From the NCBI GenBank assembly GCA_019358915.1, contig JAHHIM010000003.1, forward strand, positions 1 through 64,000: 64,000 nucleotides of DNA, in the 5' to 3' direction. The notes beneath the pieces were generated by a model. The model saw only the letters and a program-made list of their open reading frames with translations. It searched no databases and had not been told where the DNA came from. Made by a program: the position numbers and the translations under genes. Of the stretch, positions 32,174 through 41,948 are shown piece by piece. This DNA is from Trichormus sp. ATA11-4-KO1. GTDB lineage: Bacteria > Cyanobacteriota > Cyanobacteriia > Cyanobacteriales > Nostocaceae. Position 1 is the first letter of the stretch. Each line of letters opens with the position of its first letter.

Positions 32174-33238
32174 TTAACTATTTCTCGGTCGCCGTAGTTG
32201 TTGAGAACCAATAGGTCCCAGAATTTGGTTCAAGTTACGCAATTGTTCAGATGTACCCATGCAAATCAGTGTATCCCCTGGTAGTAAAAGTGTCTCCCCT
32301 GTGGGGCCACCAATCAAGTTACCATCAGCACGACGAATAGCTAAAACCAATGACCCAGTTTGCGATCGCAGTTTGGCTTTTTGTAAAGTTTGACCGACAA
32401 GAGGACAGAATGCAGGATCAATCAGAAATTCTTCCATGTATAGTTGACGGTCTGCACCTGTGAGAATCCCATCCACAAAGTCTAATACTTGGGGTCTCAG
32501 GGCGGCGGCTGCCATCCGTTTACCACCGGTAATATAGGGGGATATGACGGCATCTGCACCACCACGTTGTAATTTTTGTAGGGCTTCTTCTGTACTAGCG
32601 CGGGCGATCGCCCTGATTCCCGGATTCAAAGTTTTTGCTGATAAAACAGTATATAAATTTTCGGCATCTGAAGGTAAGGCTGCAACTATACAAATTGCCC
32701 GTTCAATCCCAACTTGCAAAAGCGTGTCATCCAATGTGGCATCGCCTTGAAACACCATATAACCTTCTGCTTGCGCCTGTTGCACAGATTCAATCTCAGA
32801 ATCAATCACTACAAAGGGTACGCCTTCTGCCCGAAATTCTTTGGCAATTTGACGACCAGTCCGACTGAATCCACAGATAATGTAATGTCCTGATAAGGAT
32901 TCCATTAAGCGCCTCTGTTGCTGGAGTCGAATTCCTTCTTGAAAGTAGCCTTGAATTAAAGCTTCTGTAAATCTATTGACAATGTAACCGAGATTGATTA
33001 CACCTAACACAATCAAGGCAATGGTAAACAACCTTCCCCGGCTACCTAGTGGGTGTGTCTCACCATATCCCACGGTAGCTAAGGTGATGACTGTCATGTA
33101 AGCAGCGTCTTCCCACGACCAACCTTCAACAAATCGGTACCACAAAGTACCAATCAGAAAGATACCGCCAAGGGCGATGATCCCTGCTATCAGCTCTTTT
33201 TGGATACGTTGATATTTTCTTTCAGTTGTTGAATACAA
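32174..33238 (-). CDS. Potassium channel with TrkA-N/TrkA-C (RCK) domains
   Basis: TVGYG selectivity filter, HYIICGFSRTG, GDAT. Confidence 0.95.
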   Translation of the reverse strand: MYSTTERKYQRIQKELIAGIIALGGIFLIGTLWYRFVEGWSWEDAAYMTVITLATVGYGETHPLGSRGRLFTIALIVLGVINLGYIVNRFTEALIQGYFQEGIRLQQQRRLMESLSGHYIICGFSRTGRQIAKEFRAEGVPFVVIDSEIESVQQAQAEGYMVFQGDATLDDTLLQVGIERAICIVAALPSDAENLYTVLSAKTLNPGIRAIARASTEEALQKLQRGGADAVISPYITGGKRMAAAALRPQVLDFVDGILTGADRQLYMEEFLIDPAFCPLVGQTLQKAKLRSQTGSLVLAIRRADGNLIGGPTGETLLLPGDTLICMGTSEQLRNLNQILGPIGSQQLRRPRNS

Positions 33239-33624
33239 AGTTTTTTTTCACCACTGCCATTTCGTTTAACGATATTTAAGCGTCAGGCAATACCAAAAAA
33301 TCAATTATCCTTTTGTTATATGGTGTGTATAGCCCTATGGGCATAGCCTCGCTCAAGCGATCGCGTCACGCACGTAAAATACTGCAATAGATATAACTCT
33401 TGTGGTGTAGGCATCTTGCCTGCACGGGCGAGATACCCATTTTACAAGCAAACTGTCATGCATCAATTTAGACGTGTCAGTCCACTACATGGGGATATTT
33501 GTTTAACTGGAAGTCCCTTAGCCTCAAAAAAGTATCAGATGTGATAAATAAAAAGTAATTTTTAATAATTTCTAGGAAACTAGTAAGTGAGTATAAGACT
33601 AAAGATTTTTCAGGAGGCGCGGTC

Positions 33625-34908
33625 GTGAGCATACAAACTCTAATTGAGCAAGCCACCATCCCCCCAGAGTCAGGTGCTGTGTCATCTAGCCCTTTTGATG
33701 CCGATAGCTTCAATGAAGCTGTAATGTCAACCTATGCTAGGTTTCCCCTAGCTTTAGAACGGGGTGCTGGATGTCGGGTTTGGGATACCCAAGGCAGAGA
33801 ATACCTGGACTTTGTGGCGGGAATTGCCACTTGTACCCTAGGACATGCCCACCCAGCTATGGTAGAAGCGGTGACACGCCAAATCCAGAAGTTGCATCAT
33901 GTTTCTAATTTGTACTACATTCCCGAACAAGGTGAATTAGCCAAATGGATTATTCAACATTCCTGCGCCGATCGCGTATTTTTCTGCAACTCTGGGGCTG
34001 AGGCTAACGAAGCGGCGATTAAACTGGCAAGAAAGTATGCCCACACTGTTCTAGACATTGAAAAGCCGATTATTTTAACAGCCAATGCCAGTTTTCACGG
34101 GCGGACTTTGGCGACAGTTACCGCCACAGGACAATCAAAGTATCAAAAATATTTTGATCCCCTAGTACCTGGTTTCTACTATGTACCATACAACGATATT
34201 AATGCAGTAGAGGCAGCAATTAGCGAATTAGATGAAGGTGATTACCGTGTAGCGGCAATTTTGTTAGAGCCATTGCAAGGTGAAGGCGGTGTCCGTCCAG
34301 GAGATGTAGCCTATTTTCAAAAGCTACGGCAAATTTGTGATGAAACTGGCATTTTGTTGATTTTTGACGAAGTGCAAGTTGGCATGGGACGCAGTGGCAA
34401 GTTATGGGGTTACGAACATCTTGGTGTGGAACCGGATATCTTTACCAGTGCTAAAGGTTTGGGTGGTGGTATCCCCATTGGGGCAATGATGAGTCAGAAA
34501 TTCTGCGATGTCTTTCAACCAGGAGAACACGCCAGCACCTTTGGCGGTAATCCCTTTGTTTGTGGGGTGGCGCTTGCTGTCTGCCAAACCTTAGAAAAAG
34601 AAAATATTTTGCAGAACGTGCAAGATCGGGGTGAACAGTTGCGCACCGGATTACAAGCGATCGCCGTGAAATATCCCAATTTTGTTTCTGAAATCCGGGG
34701 TTGGGGTTTAATCAATGGCATGGAGTTACAAGCAGATGTTCAGCTAACCGCAGCTGATATTGTCAAAGCTGCCATAGATGAGGGTGTATTGCTCGTTCCA
34801 GCCGGGCCCAAAGTTGTCCGGTTTGTGCCACCATTAATTGTCACAGAGGCAGAAATAGATTTAGCATTGCAAGCTGTTGATCAGGCGATCGCCACTGTCA
34901 CAGCATAA
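33625..34908 (+). CDS. argD: Acetylornithine aminotransferase
   Basis: NSGAEANEAAIKLARK, FHGRT, EPLQGEGG, DEVQVGMGRSG, SAKGLGGG, HASTFGGNP. Confidence 0.95.
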   Translation: MSIQTLIEQATIPPESGAVSSSPFDADSFNEAVMSTYARFPLALERGAGCRVWDTQGREYLDFVAGIATCTLGHAHPAMVEAVTRQIQKLHHVSNLYYIPEQGELAKWIIQHSCADRVFFCNSGAEANEAAIKLARKYAHTVLDIEKPIILTANASFHGRTLATVTATGQSKYQKYFDPLVPGFYYVPYNDINAVEAAISELDEGDYRVAAILLEPLQGEGGVRPGDVAYFQKLRQICDETGILLIFDEVQVGMGRSGKLWGYEHLGVEPDIFTSAKGLGGGIPIGAMMSQKFCDVFQPGEHASTFGGNPFVCGVALAVCQTLEKENILQNVQDRGEQLRTGLQAIAVKYPNFVSEIRGWGLINGMELQADVQLTAADIVKAAIDEGVLLVPAGPKVVRFVPPLIVTEAEIDLALQAVDQAIATVTA

Positions 34909-35015
34909 TTAGTGCTGAGTGCGCTTGCCCTGAGCGAAGTCGAAGGGGAATACCCTATAGTTAAAAATAGGGGATCAACATGATTTAAATACACATGAAA
35001 TTTATTTCTTTCCTG

Positions 35016-35054
35016 ACCTTACGCTGTCCATCAGGACAGGGTGAGGTTTTTTTT
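35016..35054 (+). terminator. Intrinsic terminator downstream of argD
   Basis: ACCTTACGCTGTCC-atca-GGACAGGGTGAGGT followed by a T-tract. Confidence 0.7.
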
Positions 35055-35346
35055 GGGATATTCGCTCCACTGTTTGTCTCCATAATCTCAATACTTGCGC
35101 TCTATTTAAAATCTAATTAGTAACTTATATTACTTTTTATATTTAGGCGATCGTTTGATAAGTACTTCAATATGTCTTTAATACATTAATAATAAATTTT
35201 AAAACATCCTCTAAAGCTATCGAGCATCCACTTTGGGAAGAAATACTTAATTTGAGAAAAGAGCCTCAGAATGCCGATAGGCTTTAACACAGCTACACAA
35301 ACAAAGTGTGGGCTATTCGCTTATTTGGAAAAGACAGAATTGTTGT

Positions 35347-35832
35347 ATGAAAATTAAAATACTCGTTTTAGTTGTTGCGCCTATTTGGGTTCTGAGTTTA
35401 TCTACATTAGTCATAGCGCAACAGCAGACGCAACAAGAGCAATGTGTTAAGACTAGCAAAACTGAAGTTGAACAACTTTTTGAGCGATGGAATCAATCTC
35501 TGCAAACAGGAGATCCAAATAATGTGGTGAAAAACTATGCTGCAAATGCCATTCTTTTGCCAACAGTTTCTAAAAAACCACGCACGACTCCAGCAGAAAT
35601 TCATGAATATTTTGTTCATTTTTTAGAAAAAAAGCCTGTTGGTAAAATTGTTCAGAGTTACATTAGGATTGGTTGTAATTTTGCAACTGATAATGGATTA
35701 TACACTTTCACTATTTTAAATAATCAGCAAAAAGAACAAGTGCCCGCAAGATATTCATTTGAGTATCAATATATAAACGGTCAGTGGTTGATTGTTGCTC
35801 ATCATTCTTCAAAGTTACCCCAAGAAGATTAA
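35347..35832 (+). CDS. Secreted iota-class carbonic anhydrase (COG4337, NTF2-like fold)
   Basis: Signal peptide; FERWN.SLQTG, LLPTVS, YF.HFL..KP, GLYTF, ARYSF.Y, terminal HHSS. Start placed at MKIKIL. Confidence 0.8.
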   Translation: MKIKILVLVVAPIWVLSLSTLVIAQQQTQQEQCVKTSKTEVEQLFERWNQSLQTGDPNNVVKNYAANAILLPTVSKKPRTTPAEIHEYFVHFLEKKPVGKIVQSYIRIGCNFATDNGLYTFTILNNQQKEQVPARYSFEYQYINGQWLIVAHHSSKLPQED

Positions 35833-36036
35833 TCTTATCAACTAAAAAACGAATTTATTAGACTTAAACAGACATTATCTAAGACGAAAATCATGAATAT
35901 ATGTCCTTTTAAAAAAGCTTTTGTCCTTGACTTATCAGGATTACCTGAATAAAAATAGCAGTAACAGTTAAGCAAAACACAGCTTAATTGTTTACCAATT
36001 TCATCTATTAACAACAAATGCTTGAGGAGCAAAATT

Positions 36037-36270
36037 ATGGCAAATATCACTCTTTCTCAACTACACGCTGCTGGTTCTGAATTGTTCCAAGATTCCGAAA
36101 GTTTTCTTAATGAACTCAGCGATGTAGATGCTATCTCCGGTGGAGAAAGCTACGGTTACGACTATGTTAGTAATATTTCAACACTAACTAAGTTGGCTGA
36201 AGCCTATGTTGCTACATATGCTATTGGACATGTAACCTACTTAGCTAAGTCATTCAGCTATGGATACTAA
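36037..36270 (+). CDS. Double-glycine leader peptide precursor (bacteriocin/RiPP-like)
   Basis: RBS GAGGAG; leader MANITLSQLHAAGSELFQDSESFLNELSDVDAISGG followed by a 41-aa core. Confidence 0.75.
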   Translation: MANITLSQLHAAGSELFQDSESFLNELSDVDAISGGESYGYDYVSNISTLTKLAEAYVATYAIGHVTYLAKSFSYGY

Positions 36271-36396
36271 TAGCTTTAGGTAACTAGAAGCTAGATGGCT
36301 TTTCAGGGATTAAAGGTAAAACTAATCAAAGTCATGGATTTGAGGTTTTTTACTACCAATAAACCCTGAAATCCTGCCAGATTGAATGATTTAATT

Positions 36397-36432
36397 GAAT
36401 TGCTCAATTGACAAAAGTCAATTGAGCAATTC
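36397..36432. terminator. Perfect 16-bp hairpin between convergent genes
   Basis: GAATTGCTCAATTGAC-aaaa-GTCAATTGAGCAATTC. Confidence 0.6.
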
Positions 36433-36478
36433 GTTTGATAAGATACTCAAAATAAATTTGCAACGCCAATAAATTCTG

Positions 36479-37129
36479 TTAAACTTCTACAGGATGCTGA
36501 CCATAATAAGGTAAAGCCTCAGACCAATGAGGACACTTGCCTTGCTGCCATTCTAGATAAGCTAGTTCTAATATACTAGTTACTGTTGCGGCTAAACCTG
36601 ATTTCGCTTCAATTAGCTGATAATCGGTATTCCAGTTAGCTAAAGTTTCTTGCCACACTTCTAGTGTCATTACTGTATCTGGCAATAAGGCTTTAAGTCC
36701 AAAAGCATCTGGCAAAGGCTGATAAATAGCGGCAAATACTTGACCCCGTTGTGCAGGCATTTCCACAGCAATAGCTTCGTGAGGCGGATTCTGCGAAATG
36801 GATTTTGACCAAGCTACCGCCGCTAAGGTGGAAATTCCCAAGACGGGAATATCTAATTGTTGTCCTAATGTGCGGGCAAGGACAACACCTATACGAGTTC
36901 CTGTAAAACCTCCAGGCCCTTTGGCTACGGCGATAAAGGCTATATCGGCCCAAGTTTGGGGTTGAATAAATTCGATTAAATATTGATGCACATAACTGGA
37001 TAAATCACGCCCCAATTTCCAAACTTGAGTGCGAGTGTCACCAGTAAAGTTACTAATTGCGAAACCTAGTTCCGGGGTGGTGGTGTGTAGTGATAAACCG
37101 TATTGTGTGGCTGTCAGCTTTTGTGTCAA
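36479..37129 (-). CDS. tsaB: tRNA t6A biosynthesis protein TsaB
   Basis: IAVAKGPGGFTGTRIG, GISTL, PAQRGQVF, ALPYYG. Confidence 0.93.
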   Translation of the reverse strand: MTQKLTATQYGLSLHTTTPELGFAISNFTGDTRTQVWKLGRDLSSYVHQYLIEFIQPQTWADIAFIAVAKGPGGFTGTRIGVVLARTLGQQLDIPVLGISTLAAVAWSKSISQNPPHEAIAVEMPAQRGQVFAAIYQPLPDAFGLKALLPDTVMTLEVWQETLANWNTDYQLIEAKSGLAATVTSILELAYLEWQQGKCPHWSEALPYYGQHPVEV

Positions 37130-37245
37130 AGTTGATTTAGTTAACTGGATTCATTTACATCATACACAGAGGCGATCGCTTTTCTCCTACTGTGAATGGC
37201 TTTGTTAATTGAAGATAGGGATTAGGCTCACGCAAAGACGCAAAG

Positions 37246-37542
37246 TTAGAAGTTTAGATAAAACTGGATCTTACTATAGCTAGAACGTCCATTTTCTCCA
37301 ACAAAACGTTCTACACCCAAACTGAGGAATCCATCGGGGACTATGGCAGGTTTTAACGGTGTATAGTAAATTCCCATGTTGATTCCAAAAAACCAGTCAT
37401 CGCGGTTTTGCCAAATCGAAGCTAAGATGGCTAACAATAAATTGGGAATTAATATTTGCAGTTCGTTATCCACAGGAGTATCATCAGAATCGGGTAATTC
37501 AGCCGATGAAGGTAAGCATTCTAACGGATTATAGTTATACAT
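37246..37542 (-). pseudogene. Truncated Uma2-family (PD-(D/E)xK) endonuclease
   Basis: LPDSDDTPVDNELQ...DWFFGINMGIYY...VPDGFLSLGVER N-terminal half only; homology breaks after RSSY at repeat-like sequence. Confidence 0.75.
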
Positions 37543-37889
37543 AAAGTTTAGTTAGTCATAAGTTTATACTACAATTTTGTCTTTAATGTAACAAGTTTAG
37601 ATAATTACTTCAAGAAAAAATAATTAATTTACGTAAAATTGCTAGTCTGGTTTCAAATGTTGTATTTTTAATAGCTTAAAAATATATACAATTTTAGTGT
37701 ATTTACGGCTACAATTTTTCATTATTTATTCAAAAATCATTACAATCAATTGTTAAATTTCTATGGTCAACCAAGTGCTGTTAAATACAGTCATTAAGTG
37801 GTAATCAACGTGATTGTCTCACTAGATCAAGCATTGTCGGGGTTAGGTTTGTCAAAAAAAATTAACAATCGAAAATAGAGGTAATAAAA

Positions 37890-39344
37890 ATGACCGACGT
37901 ACTGGCATTAGGCGCACAAAAGCAGCAAGAAAAGGTTCATTCACCACTATTTGTAGGAAACTTTGACAGCTTTTGGGAGCAAGAAATCAGGCCTTTATTC
38001 ACAAATGAGTCTTTATCTTTCCAGGTAAAAATTCTGAATGGAAACTATATCAAGTACGTCAACTTGGATAATGGAGCTACAACCACTCCCTTTGCCAGCC
38101 TCAAGCAGCACGTGGACGAGAAGCTTGACACCTATGGCAGTGTGCATCGAGGTTCAGGGCAAAAGTCGATCATCACTACACGAGAATATGACGCTAGTCG
38201 GGATGTGATCCGGGATTTTGTGGGGTCGTCTTCACAGAACTATGTCATCTTTGCCAAGAATACAACAGAAGCAATTAATGGATCTGCCACACTATGGGCA
38301 AAAAGACCTGGCAAAATTTTAGTATCTGACATTGAACACTCCTCAAACTTGCTACCTTGGGTAACTAAAGACCAAGTTGTCCAATACAGAACCCAACCTG
38401 ACGGCAGTGTCAGTGTGGCCGCAATTGAAGCTATTTTCCAGGCGCATCAAAATCTCCCCCCAACTGAGCAAATCAAATTAATCACCATTACAGGTGCTTC
38501 AACAATTACAGGATATAGACCGCCTATTTACGAAATCGCCGCTTTAGCACATCGTTATGGTGCCAAGATGTTCGCTGACGTCTGTCAATTAATCCAGCAT
38601 GAGCGGGTGGATATGCGTGCAGATGATGACCCCTGTCATTTAGATTTTGTCGCTTTCTCTGGGCATAAAATGTATGCCCCTTATGGAACGGGGGTGTTGC
38701 TGGGACCTAAGGAGTTTTTTGATAGCTGCTACCCTTATCAAATTGGCGGAGGAAATCTACCTTATATCACCAGAAACCTAGAAATTAAGCGTTTTTATAC
38801 AGAACGGGCGCATGATCCTGGAACACCAAACGCAATGGGTGCGATCGCCATAGCAAAAGCAATTGAAATTATCGAAGCACTGGGGCGCGATCGCATTGCT
38901 CAATATGAACATTATTTAGTTGAATTTACATACACACGGCTTCAGCGTATTCCAGGTGTGCAAGTACATATCCCAGGAGATAACTTAGCCCATGTGATTC
39001 CCTTCGATATTAACGGGTTTGACGGCCGCTTAGTGGCTGAAATCCTAGCACAAGAATACGGAATTGGGGTGCGAGCCGGGGCTTTCTGCACTTACGAATA
39101 CATTCGCAAACTCAAAAATATTTCGGACGAGCAAGACTGCGAAATTGCTCAAGAAGTAGAAAGAGGAATTACTCGTAACATTCCCAGCATTATCCGGGCT
39201 AGCTTTGCTGTTTACAACACACTAGAAGACTGTGAGAGATTCCTGAAGGCAATTTCGGAAATTTCTCAAAATGGAGTTGATCACTATTTCTCTGACTACA
39301 CACAAGATGAAATGACTGGTGTCTGGACTGTGATAAATAAGTAG
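37890..39344 (+). CDS. Class V PLP aminotransferase / cysteine desulfurase (SufS-like)
   Basis: NLDNGATT, SVHRG, NTTEAIN, EHSSNLLPW, FSGHKMYAPYG, GTPN, RAGAFC catalytic Cys loop. Confidence 0.88.
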   Translation: MTDVLALGAQKQQEKVHSPLFVGNFDSFWEQEIRPLFTNESLSFQVKILNGNYIKYVNLDNGATTTPFASLKQHVDEKLDTYGSVHRGSGQKSIITTREYDASRDVIRDFVGSSSQNYVIFAKNTTEAINGSATLWAKRPGKILVSDIEHSSNLLPWVTKDQVVQYRTQPDGSVSVAAIEAIFQAHQNLPPTEQIKLITITGASTITGYRPPIYEIAALAHRYGAKMFADVCQLIQHERVDMRADDDPCHLDFVAFSGHKMYAPYGTGVLLGPKEFFDSCYPYQIGGGNLPYITRNLEIKRFYTERAHDPGTPNAMGAIAIAKAIEIIEALGRDRIAQYEHYLVEFTYTRLQRIPGVQVHIPGDNLAHVIPFDINGFDGRLVAEILAQEYGIGVRAGAFCTYEYIRKLKNISDEQDCEIAQEVERGITRNIPSIIRASFAVYNTLEDCERFLKAISEISQNGVDHYFSDYTQDEMTGVWTVINK

Positions 39345-39454
39345 AGCAGATAAAACTCTTTGTGTCTTAGTGGTTTAAGATTTTTACCACCAAGGCACAA
39401 AGACACCAAGTTTTTTCCAGTCAGCTAGGGGCATATTGAACAGGAGGTAATAGT

Positions 39455-40741
39455 TTGAGCGATGAAAACCTCTTTGGCCAGGAGGATTATTTACAGGCGC
39501 GAGTTGATGAGTACATCTGGCAACAAAGCACATCTGCGGGTATTTCTCGCCAGCGCTTTCTGCAAATCCTCGCGACTATGGCCGGGGCTGGGGCTATGGG
39601 GGGACTGGCTAGATCGGCACCTGCTCATGCTGAGACTGCTTCCAAAGCCAAGGGTAGTAAAATCATCAAACCATTGCTACCAGGCTACATCTCTCATAGT
39701 AAAGGCACACTAGAGATGAACTGGGAAGCAATGTATGGGCGTGGCTATTTAGTGCCAAACGATTGGTTCTATGTTCATAATCGCCATGCGCCTCCCACTT
39801 TTGATTTATCTACATGGCGTTTGCGAATTGAGGGAACTGGTGTTAATACCCCTTGCGAGTTTACATACGATGAAATCATCGCTATGCCCTCAATCTCGGT
39901 CACTAGTGCCATTGAGTGTGCTGCCAATGGTCGGCGTTTCTTTGAAGAAGCTTATAATAAACCTCTTTCTGGAACGCGGTGGAGGTTAGGCGCTATTGGT
40001 GTGGCTGAGTGGACTGGTGTACCACTTGGCTTATTGTTGGAGCGCGCTGGAGTGAAAGCCACAGCCAGAGATGTATTAGTTGAAGGGGCAGATTTAGACT
40101 CGCTGGACTCAAAAGGGACAAATCAGGCTAAATTCAGCAGTGTAGTTCCTATTGCCAAAGCCACAGCAGATCACTCTCTCCTCGTCTATGCAATGAATGG
40201 AGAAGCACTACCCCCAGATCATGGTCAGCCGTGTCGTGTAATATTTCCTGGTTGGTCAGGAAATGCCAACGTGAAATGGATTGAGCGCATTGAAGTTTCC
40301 GAAACCCCCATATATTCACAGTGGGTATTAGGCCAAATGGTGCTGACTGGCGCAGATTACCCAGCTAAGTCTCCGTATAGAGGTAAGTTAATTACTTACC
40401 AAAATGTCAAGAGTGCCTTTGAATTAGCTTGGCCAGCTACGCTTTCTGCGAGAAAATACCTGCTGCGTGGGCGTTCTTGGTCTGGAAAAGGAAAAATTGT
40501 CCGTGTGGAAGTCAGTTTGGATGGTGGCAGAACCTGGCAATTGGCAAGACTGAGAGAACCCAATTTTCCCTTTGCATGGGTGCGATGGGATATTGAATGG
40601 CATCCAGTTCCTGGAGAATATGCTCTCCAAGCTCGTGCTACTGACAATTTAGGTAACACACAACCGAATACGGTGCCGTGGAATGATTTTGGACTGCTTT
40701 ACGGAGGTGTTGTCAGTCATCCAGTAACAGTACAAGGTTAA
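39455..40741 (+). CDS. Sulfite oxidase-family molybdoenzyme with Tat-like signal
   Basis: FYVHN, IECAANGR (Mo-ligating Cys), AEWTGV, YAMNGE.LP.DHG.P.R, VKW, EVSLDGG.TW dimerisation domain. Confidence 0.9.
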   Translation: MSDENLFGQEDYLQARVDEYIWQQSTSAGISRQRFLQILATMAGAGAMGGLARSAPAHAETASKAKGSKIIKPLLPGYISHSKGTLEMNWEAMYGRGYLVPNDWFYVHNRHAPPTFDLSTWRLRIEGTGVNTPCEFTYDEIIAMPSISVTSAIECAANGRRFFEEAYNKPLSGTRWRLGAIGVAEWTGVPLGLLLERAGVKATARDVLVEGADLDSLDSKGTNQAKFSSVVPIAKATADHSLLVYAMNGEALPPDHGQPCRVIFPGWSGNANVKWIERIEVSETPIYSQWVLGQMVLTGADYPAKSPYRGKLITYQNVKSAFELAWPATLSARKYLLRGRSWSGKGKIVRVEVSLDGGRTWQLARLREPNFPFAWVRWDIEWHPVPGEYALQARATDNLGNTQPNTVPWNDFGLLYGGVVSHPVTVQG

Positions 40742-40776
40742 CCAGCCTAAATATCAAGTTTAACTAAGCCTTTTTT

Positions 40777-41613
40777 ATGAATGATTTCGTTTGGTTGATT
40801 TTAATAGCTGGTGGGCTAATATCTGGCGTTATAGCGGGACTTTTAGGTATAGGTGGCGGCATTATCACAATTCCGCTTTTAGTTACCCTAGGTTATACAC
40901 CTGTGCAAGCGATCGCTACTAGTAGCCTGGCTATTGTGATTACTTCAATTTCTGGAAGTTTGCAGAATTTGTGGATGGGCTATTTTGATTTTAAGCGAGT
41001 GATTTATTTAGGAATTCCCGCTTTTTTAACTACTGGAGTCGGAGTCTATTTCGCCAACAAGATTCCCTCTTACATCATACTTTTTACATTTGGCATCATC
41101 TTACTGGCTAATGTCTATTTGATAGAGCTACGCAAGCAACTAATTTTAAAGCAAGCAGAGAATACAGCACCAGCATTTAATCCATTACTTTCTAAAATTG
41201 GTACTGGAGGAGCAGCCGGAATTTTAGCCGGCTTCTTTGGTTTGGGTGGCGGAACAATTATGGTTCCCCTACAAATGTTACTACTAGGAGAAGAAATTAA
41301 AGTAGCAATTCAGACTAGCTTAGGTGTGATTGTAATTACTGCTTTAGCTGCCTGTACAGGGCATACATTAGAGGGAAATATTTTGTTTGTTCAAGGTCTA
41401 GTTTTGGGATTTGGAGGTCTTTTAGGCGTTCAAATGAGTACTCGCACTTTGCCAAAATTACCCGATTCTGTTGTTAGTCTGGCACTGCGGATTTTTTTTG
41501 GATTACTATCAATTTATGTTTTTGGCGAAGCTTGGATAAATTATCAAGTCATAGCTGCAAAACCTTCAATAAATGAGAGTTTATCAGTTTTTTATTCCTT
41601 ATTTATAGGTTGA
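40777..41613 (+). CDS. TauE/SafE sulfite exporter family protein
   Basis: Duplicated GLLGIGGG / GFFGLGGG motifs, AIATS / AIQTS. Confidence 0.92.
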   Translation: MNDFVWLILIAGGLISGVIAGLLGIGGGIITIPLLVTLGYTPVQAIATSSLAIVITSISGSLQNLWMGYFDFKRVIYLGIPAFLTTGVGVYFANKIPSYIILFTFGIILLANVYLIELRKQLILKQAENTAPAFNPLLSKIGTGGAAGILAGFFGLGGGTIMVPLQMLLLGEEIKVAIQTSLGVIVITALAACTGHTLEGNILFVQGLVLGFGGLLGVQMSTRTLPKLPDSVVSLALRIFFGLLSIYVFGEAWINYQVIAAKPSINESLSVFYSLFIG

Positions 41614-41716
41614 AATTTATCCGAATTTAAAAAATGATATTATAAATTGGCTTGTAGAGCCAAACCCGATTTTGTATCTATCGCTTGATTTTTGGAAATG
41701 GGGATAAAAAGTATAG

Positions 41717-41856
41717 GACTAACCCTTTAAAACTAGGTAAAAATATTCTTTTTAACCTCTTTACTCTGTGCCTCTGTGGTTAAATAAACTGCTTTTAAAC
41801 CACAGAGACAGCCGAGAAAAAAAGAGATTTTACGAGTCACCTTGAAAGGTTTAGTC
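41717..41856. mobile_element. MITE-like element (~140 bp)
   Basis: Imperfect terminal inverted repeats GACTAACCCTTTAAA / TTGAAAGGTTTAGTC; internal palindrome CTCTGTGGTT...AACCACAGAG. Confidence 0.55.
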
Positions 41857-41948
41857 TGGAAGTTTTAAAAAATTTTGCCAAAAAGATAAAGATATTGATA
41901 ATGGCAGTTTCACTAAATAAAAAAACATTAATTTCCGCATACAAATTT

